Assembly (NCBI GenBank): GCA_964016885.1
Contig: OZ024741.1
Coordinates: 334,428,001-334,492,000, forward strand
Length of the DNA: 64,000 nt
DNA from: Eledone cirrhosa
Lineage: Eukaryota
Direction: 5' to 3'
Shown: one piece after another, positions 58,374 through 64,000 of the stretch
Layout: each line of letters starts with the position of its first letter
Position numbering within the stretch: position 1 is the stretch's first letter
Notes under the pieces: model-generated
Database searches by the model: none
Seen by the model: the letters and a program-made list of their open reading frames with translations, nothing else
Told to the model about the DNA's origin: nothing
Translations under genes and position numbers: made by a program

Positions 58374-59639
58374 CTATCAGAATCTTACATAGGAATTGAA
58401 AATAGTTTCAATGAAATAATAGAATGTATTGAAACATCTAAATAAATTCAATGACTTCAGAATATTGATTTTTATCAGTTTTTGGATAGAGAAATATTAA
58501 GGAAGCTCAATGAAGAATGCTGTTGATTTGTAGATAGAGAAATTTCAAAATATTCTTTTGACTTTGAAGATAAGAATGAAGCAGGTATAATGAGAGTAGT
58601 GAGATATCTGAGAAGCTATTTGTGAGAGTAGCTTTATTTTTCCCCATTAACCTGAAAACCCATAATTGAAAAGAAAAAAAAAACATCTTTTGAATAGGAT
58701 CAGGATGAAATCTTAGCCAATCAGTTGAATAGGTGTAGAAATTTAAATTTATTAATTATATTTTAACAATAAAATGTTTTCCTGAAAATGTTTTCTGGAA
58801 TTCATACCAAAATGTTTCAAAAGTTCCATAGAATAACCAGAGATATTATCATCTTTCATACTTATGAACAGACATTTCTACTGAATAAATATTGGAAAAA
58901 TAAATAAATAAATAATTAAATATATAAATAAATAAATATATATATAAGTAAATATATAAATAAATAAATATAAAATTTGGTAATAATTATCCATATAAAC
59001 TAATATAAATACAACTTCTCTTCTATTTTGTAAATTTCTATGAGAGTTAACCCTTAAACAGTAAGAATTAAATTGGTAAATAGTTCAGTTTCACAACTGA
59101 CTGTAAAAGTTATTGGACGATCAAGTTCACAGGTCTTGAGTTCAAATTTGTGGGGGAAAATATTTTAGAAGTTTAGTTATAGATCAACCCTGATTAAACA
59201 GATATATGGTCAAAGGGTTTCTAGCCATAACCAACCAGTTTTTGTTTAGGGATATGTAGGAGTACATTATATCTAGTATGCCCTTTTATTTTTCTAAGAC
59301 AGTAGGGTCTGGGTGTCATTTTGAAAAAGACTTAACTTCTATTTCTAGCCAGTCAAGTGATGGTGATGGATTTATCTGTTCAGGTCATGGAATTTGTTGT
59401 GTATTTGGACAATGTAGTTTCTTCTATGCCTCTGAAAGGAATATATATATATGTCATATTGACTAGATTCTAAATGTTATTGCCAGTGAGCTGGTTTCTT
59501 ATCTGGGGAAAGAGATATATTACTTATGTGTTTTTTAAAAACCAGATACAAGCAGAAACTGGGATCTTTATTTTAGGAAAGAAGATCCAATCATCAGATC
59601 TGAGCAAGGAAACAATGTTTTCATTGGTCTTCCCATTGC

Positions 59640-60750
59640 TGATATTATCTGATGATTGCAACTCCTGGCAGAAAGAGAAATCTGAAATAAAGTGTTTTGC
59701 ACAAAATGCAATGTGTCGCTCAGTCCAGGAAACAAATCTTCAACCTTATGATTAGAAGTCCAGCACCCTAACGACTGGACCATGCCCTTCTCAGTCCAGA
59801 AAACAAAACTACGACAATATGATTGGAAGTCTAATACCCTAACCATTAGGCCACACCCCATTGGTCAAGGAAACAAACCCACATCCTTATTATTGGAAGT
59901 CCAACACACTAACCACTAGGCCACACCCTACTCAGTCCAAGAAATGAAACCATGACCTTATGATTGGAAGTCCAATACGCTAACCACTAAGCCACACTCA
60001 ACCCAGTCCAGGAAAAACACACTAACCACTAAGCCATGCCTCCTCAGTCCCAGAATCGAACCTCAAGACCTTATGATTTGAAGTCCAACAGCCTCACCAT
60101 TAAGCCATGCCTCCTAAGTCCAGGAAACAAACTCACAACCTTATGAATAGAAGTCCAACACCCTAACCACTAGGCTATGCCTCAATCAGTCCAGAAAACA
60201 AACCTAAGACCTTATGATTAGAAGTTGAACATTCTAACGACTATGTCACACCACATTCAGTTCAAGAACCAAACCACAACTTTATGATTGAAAATCCAAC
60301 ATCCTAACTACTAAGCTACACCCCACTCAGTCCAGGAAACAAACCCACAACATTATGTTTAAAAGCCAACACACTAACCACAACACCACACCTTATTCAG
60401 TCTAGGAAATGATACCAAGACCTTATGATCAGGAGACCCTAAACACTAAGCCACAGCCCACTCAGACCAAGAACCAAACACACAACCTTATGATTGGATG
60501 TCCAACACCCTAACGACTAGGCCATACCGCTTTCAATCCTGGAAACAAGTCCACCACCTTATGACTGGAAGTCCAACACCCTCACCACTAAGGTCAGGAA
60601 ACACATCCTCGACCTTATGATTAGAAGTCCAACACCCCAACCATTAGGCAGGCCACATCCCACTCTGTCCAGGAAACAAACCTTTAATTGCTAGGACACA
60701 CCCTACTCAGTCCAGGAGTCCAATACCCTAAACACTAGGCCATGTGCCTT
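59640..60750 (-). repeat. Tandem array of ~16 tRNA-like SINE heads (~71-bp unit) attached to one CORE-like body
   Basis: Unit (+) CAGTCCAGGAAACAAACCCACAACCTTATGATTGGAAGTCCAACACCCTAACCACTAGGCCACACCCCACT is the reverse complement of a SINE tRNA head. CORE-like AAATAAAGTGTTTTGCACAA at ~59685-59705. Confidence 0.85.
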
Positions 60751-61248
60751 CTTTTGAGATGGTATCATATCTACATTTTTTTTTACCATAAATTAAAAAA
60801 GATATTATAAAAATATTTTGATGGCAAAGCAGTAAACACTCAAACATATTTGATGAAAATCAATATTTTATTATTCTGATATCATGTTCTATATTGATTT
60901 AACCTTTAACTTGTTTAAGGAACAAAACAAATATGATAACTACAGTTTTTGTTCATAAGTTAATGAGAGATGAAAAGACCATGAACCTGAACTTTGTAGC
61001 TGACTTTTCCAGACTGGGGAGATTGGTTCAACTGATGACCAGCTTGAACATGTGTCTCTAGGGAAATATTCTGGTTGGGTAAGGATTTGATCTCCAGGGA
61101 TTTGATCTCCAAGGAATTGTTCCAAATATTAGGAAGGAAGGGAATAGGAATGGAGTTGGGTGAGTAGAAGCAAAGAAGAGAATGAAATAAGTTCAGGGAG
61201 ATCTTACTCTGCTGGAAACATTTTTACTGTGATTATTAAGTGAAGGAA

Positions 61249-61472
61249 GGTGGTGGATTGGTAGTATTGGTAGAGAGAGCATCAGACAACATGCTTTGCA
61301 ACATACAATTACGTGCCTTAATACTCTGGTACCCCCCTGGTACCCCCCTGAAACAAGGCCCTTGCTTACAGGGTAGATAAAATAAAGTAACAGTAATGTG
61401 CAGGGGTCGATTTAATCAACTTTCCACTCCCCACAAAATTATTTCCATTATCCCTAAATCAAAACCCAGTAT
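61249..61472 (+). mobile_element. Diverged SINE family 2 copy
   Basis: GGTGGATTGGTAGTATTGGTAGAG...GATAAAATAAAGTAACAG...GGGGTCGATTTAATC. Confidence 0.6.
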
Positions 61473-62279
61473 TAAGTGAAGGTAAGGTTAAAGAACATCT
61501 GTTAGTTTCGATGATTAATTTTCAAGTTGTTCAGTTAATAGGTCAGCTTGCTAGTGAAATTAACAGTAAGTGTCTGAGCATTCTACAGATATGTATACCC
61601 TTAACGTAATTCCTCAGGGAGATTCAGTGTGACACAGTGTTATAAAATTGGTCCTTGAAATTACAGGTACAGTCCATCTGACAAGCTTCCTAACTACCCA
61701 ATTTTATTCACAAGGTTTCAGTTAATGTGACACTGTAGTAAATGACACTTGTCTAAGATGCCACATTGGAAGATTAAACCTGGGACCCTATGATTGTGAA
61801 GCCAACTACTTAACCATTCGACTATGTTGCATCTATATCAAATATTAGCAACAGAATGAAGTCCCAAAACGGGCCAAATAATGATGATAAACCATGCAGA
61901 ACATTAGACCTGTCACCCCAAAGGGAAAGCAATTTGATAGACTAGCATCACAGTTTTATTCAGGAAATTTGTTGCCATGTAGGTTTTCATCTAGATTCTG
62001 GCAATTTTTCTCGTTGTTTGAGTAGACCATGCAACGTTTCAACTCTTCTTTCTTTTCTAATCTCTTAAATGGATCCTACTAACGAAAATGAAAAGAAAGG
62101 AAAGGAGCTGATGATCAGATTGAATTAAATAAACTATACTTCTATTGGTCTCTTCATTGCTGAAATCATCTGCTGGTCAACATCTGATAGAAAAATGTAG
62201 GATTCAAACTCAGAACACGCACACAGCCAGATCACTTACCATGAAGCATCCCTTTCTTTAAAAATTTAAAAATCCTGTT

Positions 62280-62745
62280 TTATGTAAGCACCTTTGTTAA
62301 GTAGTCTTCAAAACACCAGCTTAATCATGTGAAAGTTAGTTATATTACTAAATCTCTACAAATTTTGATTATTGTCAGAAGTATTTGAAAATTATATGAA
62401 GCCTTTCACCATAATTATATGTTAGAATCTTTATTAAGTTATGTTCCAAACACCAACATATTAAATGAAGAAAATAATTATATTACTAAATCCTTCTAAA
62501 TTCTCAATTATTTTCAAAATGCTTTGCAAACCATTAAAAATATAGTAATGAAAGGGTTAAAGTGTATATGTTTCCCTAAAAACCTTCCACCATAATTTTA
62601 TGTAAGAACCTTTATTAAGTTCTCTTTTAAACACCAACATAATAGTTAGGAAATTAGTTATCTTACTAAATCCTTCTAAATTCTTGATTATTTTAAAATT
62701 ACTGGCAATATCTTTTCATTAGAAATATGGCAAAGAAAGAGTTGG
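62280..62745. repeat. Three degenerate tandem fragments of an AT-rich MITE-like repeat
   Basis: Recurring AAACACCA...TATTACTAAATCCTTCTAAATTCT...ATTATTTT. One copy ends AAAGGGTTAA. Confidence 0.55.
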
Positions 62746-63456
62746 GAATCTAGAATATAAATTCAAGAGTAAATATTTAGAAAGAATAGCATATTCCTAA
62801 CAAAGGAAAATTCTTTGGTTAGTTTTAGTTGGATATTAGAATTTGTTATTAGATATTTTGCAATGGAATGTATTACTTTAAAAAAATATTTTTTTTACAT
62901 TTTTGTTTTTTTTTGTTTTTGTTTTCTTTAGAAAATGTGTTTTATTCTAGATTCTGAAAAATATTTCTCATCACTTGAGTAGACCAAGCAACATTTGAAC
63001 CACACTTTTCCTTCCATTTTTTTACTCCCTTTCCAATATCAAGTAGAAATGAAACATTTTGTAACAAAGTTTACCAAACAAGACTCTAAAATTAGTAAAA
63101 GTTTATCTGAAATCACTAGATCTAATCTTGTTTAATACATATGAAAATATTATCATTTAAAAAAATAAATAAATGAAAAAAAAAATTCCATTCTCACATG
63201 ATGATCTATTGAAATAACTGGATCAAGTAAACAGACAAGAGAAAGTAAATATCAACTTAATAGTTATGAACAAGAAAAAAAAAAAATTACAACTCACACC
63301 AATATTGGTTTAATTGGCCTCTTATGAGGTTATAATTCATAGGAGGTTTCTGAGATATGTTAATGATAGCGGGTCCCCACATTATCATGATGTTAGAGCT
63401 CACACCTATGCAATTTTAGCTGGGTCTCCTACAAGGTTGTATTTCATTGGAGATTT

Positions 63457-64000
63457 CATCATCATCATCACCGTTTTACGTCCGTTCTTCCACGCTAGCA
63501 TGGGTTAGACGGGTTGTCCTGTTGTGGGCAGTGTCTGGTCGGCTGACCATGCCTTGCTCATACAGGAACTGATCTGGCTTGATTTCTACAGCTGGATGCC
63601 CTTCCTAACACCAACCTCATTTACAGTGAGTGCTGGGTGCTTTTTCGTGGCGCCTACACGTCCACTTTACAGTGTGGGCTGGGTGCTTTTTTTGCCGTGG
63701 CACCTCCACGACCACCTTGCGGTGGGGGGGGGGGGGGCATATTGTTTATATGCTTCAGCATGTACCCATGGGAGGTCGGGTACCCTGTATTACTGCGTGA
63801 CGCCAGAAGTCACGGTCGTGTGTCATTGACTTTGAGAGGTGTAGTTGGGTAAGGTCGGCTTTTATCACCTCATCCCAAGTCATCTTGGGTCTCCCCACTC
63901 CGCGGTTTCCATCAACTTCTAGTGCTCTGCACCTTTTTATGCAGCTGTCATCCTTCATACGCATCACATGTCCATACCAGCGTAACCGCCTCTCCTGCAC
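63457..64000 (-). mobile_element. RTE subfamily B 3' end (continues beyond the window)
   Basis: [23 protein letters not shown]...GRPKMTW, followed by the UTR and (GAT)n tail. Confidence 0.9.

Noticed and set aside
59720-60750. CRISPR-like array or genuine tRNA gene cluster
   Set aside because: Eukaryotic context, no unique spacers or cas genes. Units lack intact acceptor and T stems and match SINE heads.
56700-64000. Downstream protocadherin cytoplasmic exons
   Set aside because: No convincing acceptor plus coding segment recognised by eye; they may lie outside the window.

Overview
AT-rich, microsatellite-saturated eukaryotic DNA, most likely from an octopus or other coleoid cephalopod (inferred from the protocadherin type, the SINE families and the (TA)n/(GAT)n density). 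The only host gene I can support is a protocadherin whose single large exon (54235-56643) encodes a signal peptide, six cadherin repeats, a TM helix and a cytoplasmic stub ending at a canonical splice donor. The rest is transposon-derived. It includes a near-complete RTE LINE with an uninterrupted 1006-aa EN+RT+PHD ORF, many RTE 3' fragments, two tRNA-derived SINE families, an R4/Dong-like fragment sitting in (TAA)n, L1/Tx1 relics, a decayed DD37D Tc1/mariner transposase and several MITEs. The least obvious signals are: (i) at least eight minimal type-I hammerhead ribozyme motifs with short, mostly palindromic stem III, several followed by AATAAA, lying mostly in short islands beside (TA)n runs, including a perfect 112-bp inverted repeat carrying two opposed hammerheads; (ii) a SINE whose tRNA-like head is amplified into a ~16-unit tandem array downstream of the protocadherin splice donor; and (iii) many fold-back repeats. 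Most short ORFs in the track are microsatellite artefacts. All coordinates and structures were read by eye; no searches or folding were run.
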